This document shows, piece by piece, positions 13,035 through 26,800 of a stretch of 64,000 nucleotides of DNA (positions are counted from its first letter, which is position 1; the number at the start of each line of letters is the position of its first letter). Source of the stretch: Klebsormidium nitens (taxonomy: Eukaryota; Plantae; Klebsormidiophyceae); the NCBI GenBank assembly GCA_000708835.1, contig DF237088.1, positions 112,461 through 176,460 of the forward strand, read 5' to 3'. Position numbers and translations under genes: made by a program. The notes under the pieces were generated by a model, which was not told the DNA's origin, ran no database searches, and saw only the letters and a list, made by a program, of their open reading frames with translations.

Positions 13035-16000
13035 ATGCCTGGGCGCTCCCGGCTGCTTGCAACCATCCTCCTTCTGGGGGCTTTCATCTTCCTTCTCGCT
13101 AGGACATTCTCCTGGCAGAGGTTCGCTTTTGGAGCTAGTGCGGAGTCAAATTACCTGTCTGGCCTGTGCTCTGAGTTCCTGAATTGGGCTCCAGGTAGTG
13201 AGTTCCTCCCCCGAGCTCAGAGACTTTCTCTGAGTGGGTATCCAGCATCATCATTCCACAACATAGTTCTGGGAATTGTGTCAAGTGCGGACGCGTGGCC
13301 GGTCGTCAAGGGCACTGCGCTGCTGTGGTGGAGGCCAAATGTGACGAGGGGCTTTGTACTGTTGGAGGAAGGGGAGGCGGCCCTGCAATTGAAACAGCAC
13401 CAGGGAGAGGAGGAGTTGATAGAGCAGAGACGTTGGTGGGAAAGAGTTCGAGAGGAAAGAGAGCAGGCAGAGGAGCAGACACGGTCAAGATTGCCAGGTG
13501 ATTTCAGCATAGAAGGGGGTGGCAGCAATGAAACTATAGGCATAGATAGTACTCCGGCCAAAGAGATAGACCTGTTCAGTTTGACGAACAGCAGCCTTGC
13601 AGAAGGTTATGGTCAGGAGCCAGTTATCCAGGTTCGAGGGCCCAACAGTCCATCTGCAGACGCGCAGATGGATGCATTGACAAGTGCATTTCTAACACTA
13701 GCAGCACAGGAGTTGGCCGAGGTTCATTGGTTCGTGATGCTTGGAGACGACGCAGTTCTTGATGTTGAAAATCTGGCTGGAGTACTCAACAGGTGAGGCG
13801 TCAGCTCAATGACAAATTTCAGCATCTTTTGGAGAATACATGGAATATTTGCCATCATATTCTTATGATTCTTATCATGGAAGGTCGGTGCTCGGTATCC
13901 TGCGGTGTAAGTTGGAAAACTGAAGCTGATAGACTTGCATGAGTGTTGTCTGAGTTGTTTTCAACCACTAGAGAAGACCTTCCGTCTATTTACCACCTCT
14001 TAAAAGCAATATTTTAGCGCTTCCCGTGTGCATCTCCCTCTCTGCATCACCCATCATGTACGCATATTCGCGACAAACTGCAAAACATCCTTCAACTTTG
14101 CTTTCTTGTATCAGGTATGACCCGGCGGAACCGCGTTTGATTGGATATGACGCCTTCAGTGGCACTGCCGGACGCAGAAGCCCCTCAAATAAACCGATGT
14201 CGGGCCCCGCTTTTGCCATTAGCCTGGCCCTGGCCCGGGAGCTGATGCTGGTTCTTCCAGCCTGTTTAGAGCGGCAGACACAGCACGCCCGCAGCGACCA
14301 AAAGCTGTACGCGTGCACGGCAGGTAAGAAAAGCAAGCAATCGGTCGCGCTGAAGGAGTAAGCTTTGGTCTTGGAACGTGGAACGGTTCCGACATCAGAC
14401 TTTGGGAAAAAGAAGTCGCTCTGTATGTGGAACTTGAACAGACAAAGGTCTGACACTCTTTTTCTGGTCCTGAGATTCGAAATTTGTTCAACCTTGTAAC
14501 CGGAGTGGATACGAGATGCACTTTATCCTTTGCCCTCCTACCACTTACAGTCCACATCATGTAGAATAACGAACAGTATGCAGTCCTCCACTTCGATGCC
14601 TAGAGCCTTCTTCGGAAGTCGATTTGGATAGTACCTAAACACCCAAACACCAGACGATGATAGGGTCGAAGGTTCTTTCCAACAACCTGATGCATAGGCT
14701 CGAACGACTGGCCTTGTCGATGGTGAGAGATCGGAATCTAGCACGCTCAAATTTGATCAGTGGCCATACTGTGCTGCGAGCTGACTGACACCTTTTTGAA
14801 TGTGTTGTGCAGAGCTTGGGGTACCGTTGATTTTCGAGCCCGGCTTCCATGCTGATGAAGAGATGACCCCTCCCCTCGAAAGACATGCCCCCGCTCCATT
14901 CGTTGGATTGACGCTCGCGCATGACTCCTTCCGAGACCGCCTATCAGGTAAGTGACCGACGCCCCGTTGGATGGTGCGCATCCACCGACCAATACGTTTC
15001 AGATCCTAAAACGTGCTCGCGCATTCCATTCACTTCGCATAACGGTCGTAGTTGTAAAAATTCCATTGAGTTGGTTTTGGCGAGGGTGAAATCCATTCAA
15101 ACGATCCTTATGAGGCAGAAGGGATGATCGGCTCTGTCAACTGACTTTTGATTCAGAAAATCAATTTGATGTTACGAGCAAGATGTCTGTCACTTCGAGA
15201 AAGACGTTTCGTTTTGAGAAGTCATCAAAAAAGTACGTTGAGGACTCCTTGTGGCCTGCAAGTTGTCATACCCGAATCTTCGAGAGTATGTTCCACTTCG
15301 AGAATCCGCAGTCAGGATGATTGCGCTAGCCGTTCAGTTTCTGTCACGACGTGCGACTCTGCGGAGACCGCCAAAAACCATCTGGGAGTGCTCACCTTAA
15401 CTTCGACCATGCATCTTTTCGCTCTTCAGGCGACAATCGGACGGTCGCCCTGCAGCCGATGGTCCGGTACATGCGGGAGGATCCGGCTGGGTTCCTCCAG
15501 CACGCGGTGTGTGTCGACCGGGACCTGGACCTTATGCTGTCCGTCTCCTGGGGGCGCTCCGTGAGGCTGTACCCGGGGGTGGACGGCGTGGAGGAGCTCC
15601 TCGGTCCAAACGGTGAGCTCGATGGTCATTCTTTCTGGGGCCGGACGTTTGGGACTGATATCATCTGTCCGACCCAATACATCTTTCCTACATAGAGAGA
15701 TTGTTCTGAAGAGTCCGCGGAGCTGCTATCAGTAGTATGGACAGATGAGAAAGTCAAGGCCGGCGAAACGTGCCTTCTTTGTCACGTCTCCGATCTTGAA
15801 GCGGCAGAGACACCAGGCGGTTCGAGCCAATGTTTTTCTCACCGTGTCTTCACTCTGTGCCACTTTCATATCCGCCCTCGCTAGGTCGATGCCAGTTCCG
15901 AGGCACGTCCTGAATCACGTGTTTCATTGTCGGAATAGCCTTTGTCGTTACAGTCGAGGCTTTCCATTCAGCGTTTCCAATTTTCCCTCCGCGCATCTGT

Positions 16001-16500
16001 TTTGTGTCTTAGCAATCATTGAAGCTCTTTCTTGGATTCCACGCGACCTGAAATTCGTTCCTACAACTGAGGAAGATGTATGTAACCCGTACTTTCGTCT
16101 CGCAGGCCCGGCGAGTCAAACGGAAGCAGGGGAAGCTGACCCGTGCAGAGCGCCTGCACTGCTAGCGGCAGAGGACGTCAAGCGGCTGAAGGGGAGCGGG
16201 AACACGCTCCGCTTCGAGAGCCTGTATATGCGCAGTCAATTGGGTGGCGAAAAAGCGGACCGGTCTAAGTGCAAATCACTGCATGCGAAAATCCAGTCCG
16301 TCAGAATCATACGGAAAGCAGAGATGTTTGCATCCGGTAGCATGTACGCGGGACCGGGTGCCGGTCCGCACCTTAGGAGACAGTGCTGTCGGTATGCTTT
16401 CACGGATGGTTCGCGAACAATCCTGAACGTTGGTTTGAGTGCCTGCCTAGCGGGGCAGACTCTCACGCAAGAGCCCGATCGTTGGGCAAGCCCTCTGTAA
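13035..16500 (+). CDS. DUF604 / fringe-related (GT31-like) glycosyltransferase, type II membrane protein
   Basis: Exons approx. 13035-13792 (signal anchor RLLATILLLGAFIFLL; IVLGIVSS; LWWRPNVTRGFVLLE; WFVMLGDDAVLDVENLAGVLNR), 14116-14322 (YDPAEPRLIG...FAISLALAREL...CLER...SDQKLYAC), 14811-14949 (ELGVPLIFEPGFH), from 15431 (FLQHAVCVDRD...SVSWG) and 16106-16500 (DPC...RRQCCR...VGLSAC). The donor of the fourth exon was not resolved. Confidence 0.85.
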
Positions 16501-17567
16501 CATTGGTGGAATCTGATCACTCGGCACTGCGATAGCCCTTCGACTGTGGGGCACCGTTAGATGGACGCAGGTAACGTTGCGATGGTATTGGCTCATGGAA
16601 TGTGATAGCACCTTGTTCTCGACAATAGGGTGTACTTGCCTGTGAGCGCAGGAAGGAGCAGCAACATCGAGATCTGTATAGAACGCAGCTAGACTAAGCA
16701 GTTCTCTGTAGTAAGCGACAGCTTCGATCGGATGAAGGATCTGATATGGCTGCAACAAGAGTGTAATGCAACAGTAGCAAGTAGTGTTCAAGGCTTGCTC
16801 GACAAGTCCCTATCTTGGAATAAGCAAGTCTCTTGGATCTTGACAGCACCAAAGACAGCCAAGAGCCTACGTCGCTCTCAGTGATCCTGGAGGCAGGCCC
16901 GAGTCAAAAGCGATTGCAGCCTAGTCTGGTAGTTCAATAATGGTGAAGGTACCTGACTGTTTGCAGGGGCCTGCTTGAGACAATCTAATCGTGCAATGCA
17001 TGGACCTGACTCAGTGATCGTCCGACGAGTCGAACCTTTACGATTCCTGTCGATTCAAAGTTCCAGAGTAGCTGTAGCTACCGAGTAAGGCTCTTCCTGA
17101 CCCCACGCGTATGTGACTGCACGGAGTGCCACAAATGCCCCATGATTGCATGCATGTGCATATATGCTTCAGTACACATTGACACTTGGGTTCTGTATAT
17201 ACTGCGCCATCATTGCATGGCAGGGGCGACTTGAATTGTTACTCAACATACATCATGAAAATCATTGCATTAATTCAAATTTGAAAGTTGCATCGCCACG
17301 CGCATGTCTGGTACGTATGCCATGACTGCATACAGACTCTATATAGTATCATTACCACGTACGTACTGCGCAGCTAGTGACAAACTGCACATCTGCGTAC
17401 ATGCAGGCCGGTATACTACTACTGAGTAGCTACGAAGTAAATGAATCGTGAACCGTGTCATTTACCTGATACGGCTGAGCTTGAGAACCTTTCACGCACG
17501 ACGCACATACTCAGCTACCTGAGTTTCCTCATGGATAACTGATTGATCAACAAAGTGCACAAGTATC

Positions 17568-20146
17568 TCATACTTTCTTTGCCCGCCAATGCAAAGCAAA
17601 GTCCTCATCTTCGTCATCGCTCCCTGAACTAAGCTCTTCTTCCTCGAGCTTTCCATTTGCTTGCTGTACAGCAGCCGCTGCCGCAGCTTTCTCCCTTGCT
17701 TTGGCTTCCTTTTGTCGCTTAAGGTCCTGTATATGCTGCAGAAATGATCTGCAGAAGCAGGGCGCCAGTTCAACCCACAGAAACGGATTCGCTGACCGTT
17801 CTCAAACTCAGGACGATACACGTACAGGCATATCAGACCCGATCAACAAAGGAAGTGAAATGCTCCCATTGAAAATGAACCAGAGTCCGTCGATAGCACG
17901 TGCAACAAGGACGAGCGTGCTCTAAGCCAGGTCATGTCGAAAGCTGATCATCATTCTGAACAACCGTCTATGAGCAGACCAGCCAGTGGCGGATTGAGTG
18001 CCTGGCCCATCGCGGTATCTCAAGAACCAAGTCGGAATGCATCTTAGCATCCCATTAAGTCCGCATGACAGCTTCATTTCAGCAAGGACTTTCAGGACAA
18101 GCTTGGCCTAGTCTTGGAAAGGAGTACGACTTGCCACACCGACTGCATGCTCACTCACCTTTGCTCAATAACCTCCCTTTCCTCCCTCTCGTCTGCAGCT
18201 TCGGCCTGTACGGGAAAGGGCAGTCTTGATTTCGTCTATCGAAATGGCGCTAATCGAAAAATGACGGGTCGATCTCAAGGGATGCATTCCCCGTTCCAAG
18301 ACATCTTAGCATGATAAGGGGACAGTGCTGTAAGGCTTCGACAAAGCGCCCCCCATCAAACAGCGTAGCTTGGCTTTCAGAAACGAAAAGGTGCTTCTCA
18401 TAGAGTCCCGACGCTCAAGTTTCAAACCTCTACATATAGACTACCTTTTTGGCAGGAAAGACTAGCCTTCTTGCGAGAAAGACTACCGCTTCCCTCCCTT
18501 TTTTAAATCACTTGTCATAAGTCCCGCTTTTAAGACTTATTATCTTGCTTTTGAACTGGGAGCCGGTGGTACCAGTCACTGTTTTTGGAAAACGTGTGGT
18601 ATCGCCAACGCTCACCTCCTCTTCTTCCTGTCTCACGTCCACCTCTGCTATGTTGACTTGCACCGACTTCTGAAACTCTTTCCACTCCTCACTGCGAAAC
18701 AGAAAAGTAGACTGATTTTGAGAGACGCGAGACAGGTCTCGTTCGGCTCAACGGAATAAAATGACAGCTTTCAAGCAGACAATCCAGATCGTTCAGAAGC
18801 GATCTCCGTCCTTGCGTCACATGTCAAACAAGCGCAACCACCACGAGCACTCTCTGCGGCAAAACAAACATCGAACCTTTGTCCCTCTGCAAGCCAAGAC
18901 ATTATCATGGTCCACTGCAGGAGAAAGGCTGGGCCAGTGGCTCACTTGATGTCGAGCTTCGGAGCTTCTTCCCCCCGCGCTTTGTGGTCCTTCTCCTTGT
19001 CGTCAAAGAAGCCCTTGGGTAAAACGCCTTTCTGTCCCGGATCTTTCTTCTGCTGGTCAACGGTTCGGGTTTGTGTTGAGTCTATGCGCCTGGCTCCAGG
19101 TTCTGCCCCATTTGAAGCTGAAGGCCCCGCTTTGCCGCCATCACCGTCAAAAAACCCAGGGGGAACAGCATTGGGGGTGGTACTGGGCTCCGCTGGCCGT
19201 CTAGTACTGTTGGAGGCTTTGGCAGGTGGAGCAGGCTTCTCAGAGGCCCCTGCAAACGGCAAATAAGTCTGACCTGGTTCAAGAAGCAGGCCACATACTC
19301 GGTACAGAGATTAAAGTACATGGCGCCTCAAGGGTATTGCAACTTAACCAACGATGATAGAGACACTAATGCCGCCCTGAGCCTGGATTATTATGCCTAT
19401 TTGGCTTTGGGTGGACCAACTCAGGAAGCCTCTCTGATGGATTCTACACCAATGCGCATTTTAGAATTCCAAGAGTCCAACTATCTTACCACCTTTTGAC
19501 AGCTTGCTTTTGGGGGTGTCAAAGAAGTCCGACGGCAAATCAGACGCCTTGCGCGCGCTTCCAGGCTGCGGCGTTGCGGCTGGTGCAGTCTGGGCTTGTT
19601 TGGAGGCTGCCTTGCTCTTCAGCCTGGCCACCGTCTGCATCGAGGCCCTCAACGTGTCACACCCAAATACGGACATGATGAATGGAATGATCAGCATCTT
19701 CCAAAGTTTGATATCGCGACTTTAGCACCTGGTCAACTGCTGAGGGGGTGAACGGGAATCCCAGAGCGCCAGATTTAAATTGATATAGACTTACCTCTTT
19801 ATGCTGCCTGGACACCAAGTGCGTATTCCAAGCAACCTCGGACTTGACCACTGTGTTGCACAGTTTGCACACAATCTGACCAAGGTCGTTGTACCTGCAT
19901 CACGGATGCGCCAGGTCAGCTTACAACTCTTTCAGCTTCTGAAGTTCGATTCCTTGTTTTCTCAACTTCTTGCAATGCATGAGGGAGAACAAACTCTTAC
20001 ACTTCCGTGAGAAACTACATTGATCAATCAACACAAAATAAGGTTCCCGAAATTCCCTCTCACCTGACAAGGGGGTGGTCGAGCCGCTGTTTCCGCTCTG
20101 CAGCTGTCCCTTTCATCAGCAGACGCAGGGCCTCTTTCCGATCCAT
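17568..20146 (-). CDS. ZNF830: Zinc finger protein 830 (CCDC16)-like splicing-associated protein, 7 exons
   Basis: MDRKEALRLLMK...LDHPLVR|YNDLGQIVCKLCNTVVKSEVAWNTHLVSRQHKE (C2H2/matrin-type finger). Repeated LPxxFFD motifs, EEWKEFQKSV, and an acidic C-terminus DDEDEDFALHWRAKKV*. Confidence 0.9.
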
Positions 20147-20424
20147 ACTGAAGAAACTCTGACACAACTTCCGTCCAGGAGCGAGTTTCAACAGCTGGCG
20201 CCAGCACCAGTCAAGCGTGCCTCCAAGTCCTCTTCCCAGCACACTCCTGAAAGCCAGAGAGACAGTCTCATCCAGCGCAACGCCAGCTGCCGCCTTTCCA
20301 AACTGCTCATGCAAGAAAGTTTTTGGCTCTGCTCTTTCCTCGGGCTCTGAGACTGCGCTGCGGGACCCCCTTGGAATACGGTATCAGATAATACCTGGCG
20401 GTAATCCGTCGAAACACAATTTCA

Positions 20425-20533
20425 AGCTTCTACCCAGCTTCTACCCGGAGCTTCTACCTACTTATTGCGAGAAGCTCAGATGCATTTTCTTCCAATCTGC
20501 AACCATTGCAAAACGTAGCCGGCTGCTTCTACC
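20425..20533. repeat. Clustered AGCTTCTACC repeats in the ZNF830/VPS53 divergent intergenic region
   Basis: Copies at 20425, 20436 and 20449, plus GCTTCTACC at 20525. Confidence 0.8.
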
Positions 20534-20885
20534 AGCCGCTTCTTGATAACAACATGTGGCCAAGATGTAACCATATCAAGCATATAACTACTGTCGTATA
20601 AAAGACATTGTTGCGAGATTTTCTCAGTAAGTTCTGCCAATTTGAGGTTAATAAAAGGAAGTGCTAGGTATTGAGTCTGCAGATTAGGGTTCAGCACGGC
20701 GCCATTCATTGGAAACAATCCGACTCCGAGGCCAATTGTCTAGCTCTAGCTAGCTTGGAGGCGCTGTAGCCTGTGGATAATGTATCCTGAGGCTAGGGCA
20801 AGCGATTGCCTCAGAGCACTACGTCAGGCCCAAGCAGCTTCTTAACTCTGAGGTGACTATGCTGCCCATCTGATAGACAACAAAG

Positions 20886-23800
20886 ATGGCGGGTGAAGTG
20901 CTATCGCCAAGCGCCACGCCCACGGCGAAAGCAAGCAGCGAGGGGGTTGCTGCTGATGGACAGCTCGCCACGAGGAAGGAGCTCTCTGTGGCCGTGTTTG
21001 ATCGACCAGATTTCAATACCATCGACTTCATCAATCAGATCTTCCCCAATGGTAACTTTCTAGCAATCAGTGCGTTGAGGGCTGATTGGCAAGCCACCAC
21101 CAATGCTGGATGACATCCATCAGTCTCTCTTTGGATGCGAAAGCTAGGTTGCTTGTAGGACTACAACATAACCCCAATTCCCTGGTGCCTGATTGCTGTT
21201 TGGCATAAGCAGTTTTCAAAGAAACCTGGGTTTCTCGTGATCTAGAGCCCTTGTAACGAAAGCCTTTAAAGAACCGCTCGCTTTGTGGTCTCCGCGGTTA
21301 TTAGCTTGGTGCGGGTGTCTGTGCATCAACCAACCCCAACCTGTTTCTTTGCAGAAGCGTCGCTTGTGGCTGTTGACCCCCTCATTCACAAGCTCCGCTT
21401 CAAGATTCGCCGCGTGGATGCAGAAATCCTGGCTGCTGTCCGCCAGCAGGTGTGGAACACCTTGAAACCCTCTCACCACATTCAACGGAACTCCTTATCA
21501 TTCTTGACCAGGTTGGAGCAATTGCCCCCACTTGGTTCATGACTACTGCTCTTGAGTGCAAGGCCAGGGGCGTTGGGCTGTGGCAAGATTCGAGGATGGT
21601 TGGGTAGTGCTGACTAACTTACCGTCCATTCTGCTTTGCTTGCAGAGCTCGTCAGGATCAAAAGCGAAAGAGGATCTTGCAAGCGCAATGACCGCTATTC
21701 AGGTGCGTCTCATTTCTTCCAGTCCCCTGTCAAAGTACATTTTGGGTCTATCATACCTGGACACGGCGACGGCTGGCATCGTGGAAGTTGATTCTGGCAA
21801 CAGGGATTCTTTGCCCCACATGCACTTCTTTGAACCTCGTGGTGTCAAACTGCTGTGGTACCGATAATCTTTGAGCTCTTCGCAGGAGCTGTACACTAAA
21901 GTGCGGGAGATCAAAGCGAAGGCGGAACAGAGTGAGGTGATGGTACAAGAGATCTGCCGCGACATCAAGAAGCTCGACTACGCAAAGAAACACATCACCA
22001 CCACCATTACTGCGCTCCACCGACTCTCCATGCTGGGTAAGGTTCTTGAACCAACTGTCGACTTCATCAAAGGCTGCAGGTTCTTCCGAGACAATCTTTT
22101 CATCACATAAGAATCATGCACGTGCCTGATTGAGTTCGCGGTTGACATCTGTTGAAAGCCATGTTCCCAGATGAATGCATTCTTCGTCTTGTGCAGTCTC
22201 TGCGGTGGATCAATTGCAGTACATGGCGGCAAAGAGGCAGTACAAAGATGCTGCGGGGCAACTCGAGGTAGGCCTAAAGCCCTGCGGCATGTTGGCTAAT
22301 AACTCTCAAGTTTTCAATTCGAAGAAACTCTGGAAGCTCTTCATCGAAACAACTGCAATTGAATCTATGAGAGCTCTACTTTTAAAGCCATGTAGGTCAA
22401 GGAGAAGTCAGACAAGACTGTCGACCTACAACGTGATGCACACCTTCTGGGCAAACTCAAGCGGGGTATACTGGCTGTTCTCATTCTTGATCTCGTCCGC
22501 CTCTTTCGTTATCCAGGCCGTGAACCAGCTCGTGAGCCACTTCCAGGCCTACCAAGAGATCCCCAAGATCTCGGAGCTGCGCTCCAAGTTTGACAACGTG
22601 AAGCAGACCCTCAAGTCCCACATCTTCTCCGACTTCTCCAGGTGCGCCACGAGTTTTGGGACGCTCTGTTGGCCACTCTCGAAGTGCTTCGAAGTCTTCA
22701 AGTCTGACACTATCGCAGAGCTTCGATCCGGTTTTCGATCGGATATGTCCACATTTTGTTGCATTTCCGGGAGTTCGACGGGCTTGGGACCTTGCTGAAA
22801 GCTTTGAATACCACCGAGTTCTTCCTAATGTACGCCGTTCTGACTCGATCTCGGACTTTGGAGCACATCTTGCGGCTCTTCATGCTAACATCACGCCGGA
22901 CGAGTTCTTCAGCTTCGATGACTTGCCATCGTCCTATGCGGCTCTAAATTTCGGTGCATAACCCCCCCCCTTTTGCCCCAGTTTGAACACGACGAACCTG
23001 AAGGAGAACCCGCAGCTGCAGCAGCAGCTGGCGGACTCGTGCCTGGTGGTCGACGCACTGGACGCTGCAGTGAAAGAAGAGCTCATCCAGAACATCTGCA
23101 GCAAGGAGTTGAACGCATACCAGCAGATCTTCCAAGGGACGGGTATGGATACGTTGACGAAAACCTGGCCGCTTTGCTCCGAAATTAGGGTCTTCTGTCG
23201 TACGTACCGCTTTTTAATGTCGACGACCTCACATTGCTTGCAACAATTTTCTAATTTGACTGCTTCGCGGGTTTTTTCAACCCTCAGATATTGCTTCGGC
23301 TTCTCTTGCCCATGAATGAACCGAAGCTTTCTGACCGCACCTTCGTATGCCGCTCCGCTGTTAGGCCGTACAGGCTAGGGCCCTAGGAGAATCTTGGTGA
23401 AGTCGCCAAGCACCGTTGTGACGTCACGAAGCGCCTTCCTGAGCCGAACTAAGATCTGCGAGCCGTCCCTTTCTTTGATTCTCGACACCAATTTCGAGAT
23501 TTTGCCTCACCCCTCCCGCCCTTGTTTCCCTGCAGTGGAGGTGGCGAAACTAGAGAAGGCGGAGCGGCGGTACGCGTGGATCAAGCGCGAGCTGCGCGCC
23601 AAGGAGGACGTGTGGGCCATCTTCCCGCACTCGTGGCGCGTGCCCTACCTGCTCTGCATGCAGTTCTGCAAGGTCACCAGGTGAGCCGGCGAGAAGGCAC
23701 GGTGTCTGCAAACTTTGCAAACGGGACTGGATGCTCTGAGTTACAACAAATCGGAGCCCTCACTATCCAAGAAAAGCACTTCTTAATCTGTACAACTCTC

Positions 23801-26800
23801 ACTCTTGTTCCTCAACGGCCGGCTGACGGTTGTCAAGTCGACTCGACTTTTTCCAAGGCCTAATCGCTTTGACAGGCCTTGATTCTTAGGTTTGCAACTG
23901 TGCGACCGAAAGCCTCTTCCTGTTCCCCTTGGAATCTCTTCCAAGCTAGGACCATCCTCTGAGGCTGCGGCTGACGACGGTCTTCTTTTTGTGGCTGCAG
24001 GGCGCAGCTGATGGAGATTTTGGACATGCAGAAGGACAAGTCGGACGTTGGCACGCTCCTGCAGGCGCTGCAGCGAACGCTCGAGTTCGAGGAGGAGCTG
24101 GCGGAGCGCTTCGGGGGCACCGGTGCCGGGAAGGTCGACGAAGGTCAGCGATCGAATTTAAGCATGCCCGCTGTCTACCCCAAAAATGGGGCGTGGACGC
24201 TGCTTGTGTACTGGTCGATCGGTCTGCCGACTCAACGACCTTCATGAGATTTGTCTCCTGGCTTTCCGCTGTCCTCGTTGTTTTCATAGTTTCCAACCTC
24301 CCGCTATGGCGTCCATGAAGAAAGGAAGTCTCTCCACAAGTGCCAGAGGCTAGAGGTCGATCGGCATGCTTGCAGTCGGCAGCAGTTGAAGCAGGTGAAG
24401 CGCAGTCCTCATACGGGTTCACCTCTGCTGATCAGATGCTCAAGCAATGCACATCGGTTCGATCGCACTTTGAGGATATTACCCGCTCTTAGCGAGACTT
24501 GCATGTTACCTGCTTTTAGCGAAATTTAGCATGTCCGTGTTTTCGGAGCAGAGGGTGGCGGTACGGACGAGGAGGGCGACGAGGACGACGGCTCGAACGC
24601 GGCGCAGAAGGTGAAGGGCAAGTACCGGAAGCAAAACGAACCAGGGGAGGGCGAAGAAGGAGAGCGGACGTTGGCGCACGTAGTGAGCGGACTCATCGAT
24701 GGCTCTACCGCGTTGTTTTCAGTCGTTGTTTGCACCTTGGGTCGTCCTTGCGTTCCCGGCTCACCAGTGACACGCTGTCCGAATCCTCAAGTAAAAATGG
24801 ATCGAAAGGTTTGTGTAAAGTAAAGAAACAGCTCTGTCGGCCGCAACCGTCTCTTACAAGAACAGAACAACAAGCGCAAGCGCCTGGTCAGGATTTTCGA
24901 GCTTCTTCCGCCTTGCACCGCAACACCTAAAGGATCCCCTTTCGCTCCTCTGCTTGAACTTGCGCCAGCAGCATTGCTACTCTGTGCTGGACCCGATTCC
25001 AATTTCAATCAGCGGCGGCAAACGCCCCTCTTCTCATGTCTCTTCTATTCAGGATTTGTGAGCAATTAGTAAGAGGAAGCTCCTGATTTGGCACTGAAAG
25101 CATAAGCCTCGATATAACCTGCTCCGTGCTTGTACCCAGCTTAATACCAGGGTAACTCTACCCGTTCCAGCTGGCGAGCTTAGGGTTTCGAACGGTTACT
25201 ACTCAGGTGCTGAAGCTTGATGTTTTCCTTCCCCAGGCAGGCCTGCCGTTCAGTTTCCGGGGCACCATCTCGTCGTGCTTCGAGCCGTACATGGGCGTCT
25301 ACGTGTCGCTCGAGGAGACGACGCTGCTAGAGCTGGTGGACAAGCAGATTGCGGACGAGACGTGGGAGGCGGAGCCGGGCAGCCAGTCCAAGATCCTGCC
25401 CAGCAGCGCGCAAGTCTTCCTGCACATCAAGAAGAGCCTCAAGCGCTGCACCGCGCTCACGCGCAGCCAGACGCTCTTCAACCTGTTCAAGGTAAGGGCC
25501 GCCCTGTGGAGTTGATTGGTTTTCGATGCAAGTACCGCGAGGCGTGCGATGGCGGGGCGGTACGAGGAGGGGCGTTCTCGTGCCTAGTCTCACTGTACAG
25601 TCTTTAAGCAGTAGGAGTGGCTGCTTCACGCGACTGAGTATCTGGTATGAAGTGGCTTGGTTTACAGAGGCCCCAGGGTTTGGTCTCACTCTGGAGTTCG
25701 GATACACAGTAAGTAGAAGAATACCTGATGAGAGCCCTCCGGCACAAGCGATAGGGAAAGCGATTGCCCAAACGAGCCGCCAGAGCCGCGGTCGATGCTC
25801 AGCTTATTAGCTCGCGCATTTTACTCCGTGGAAGATGAGTGTACCAAGAATTGTCTCTTCTTCCTTGTGCTCCATCTGCTACTGACCCCTGCGCGCCCTG
25901 GCATTCTCCGTATGCAGACGTTCCAGAAAGTGTTGAAAGCCTACGCCACAAAGCTGGGGAACCGGCTGCCAAAGACGTCCGGCAGCCTCATGGCAGCGGC
26001 CACGGGGACGGACTGGCAAGTCAAGGTGGGCCACGTGGCGAACTCCCCGCCACTCAGTACACAAAACTTCGAAAGTCGGCCTGCAGAAAGTGCTTGCATG
26101 TGCCGAATTACCTCTCCGTCTCATTCGGCCGGCAACGTCAATGACTTGCTGCCAGTTTGTCTTGGTTGGACTAGAGCCTACCGCACTTCGTGGTTTTTGA
26201 AGGTGACAGTAGTCTCGTTTAGCCAGCTGGAATTTTTGAGAGTGCGAGCGAGCGGCACGGGCTGAGCTGGCGTGTTCTGCGATGCGCAGGTGACGGAGAA
26301 GGACGAGCGGGTGGTGTGCTACATCATCAACACGGGGGAGTACTGCAGCGAGACGGTGAGCCGCAAGCTTCGTTTTTTGAGAGCCGCAAGCTTTGTTTTT
26401 TTGAGAGCCGCAAGCTTCGTTTTATGAGAGCCGCAAGCTTCATTTTATCGGAGCCGCAGCTGGAGCTAGCGGAAGTTGTGAGCCATCGCAGCGACATGCT
26501 ATTTTTCGGACAGTTCCCTGCAGAAGCGTTGCTATAGTTTCCACACTGGAGTCGTGTTGGGTTCGACACGATTTTTATTCGTGTTGGGATTCCCTTCAAC
26601 GCGGTTTGATTCAAGCGCTTTTGCAACCAGTGGCCTCGCGCCCTGCAAGCCCAGGTAACACAAAGTATGTTACTGAAGACTTTTGCATGTTTCCTTCTCC
26701 TGCCGACATCCACTACTTCTAACCCGCCCTTCCCACCATTCCTCGTATTCCCGGCGTTCTGTCGAGGTCGGTATCTTCCCCAACCCGCCTCCTCCTTCGT

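Noticed and set aside
26551-26580. Hairpin TCGTGT-TGGGTTCG-ACACGA followed by a T-run (T-loop or terminator-like)
   Set aside because: There is no cloverleaf or A-box, it lies in a VPS53 intron, and rho-independent terminators do not apply to a eukaryotic gene.
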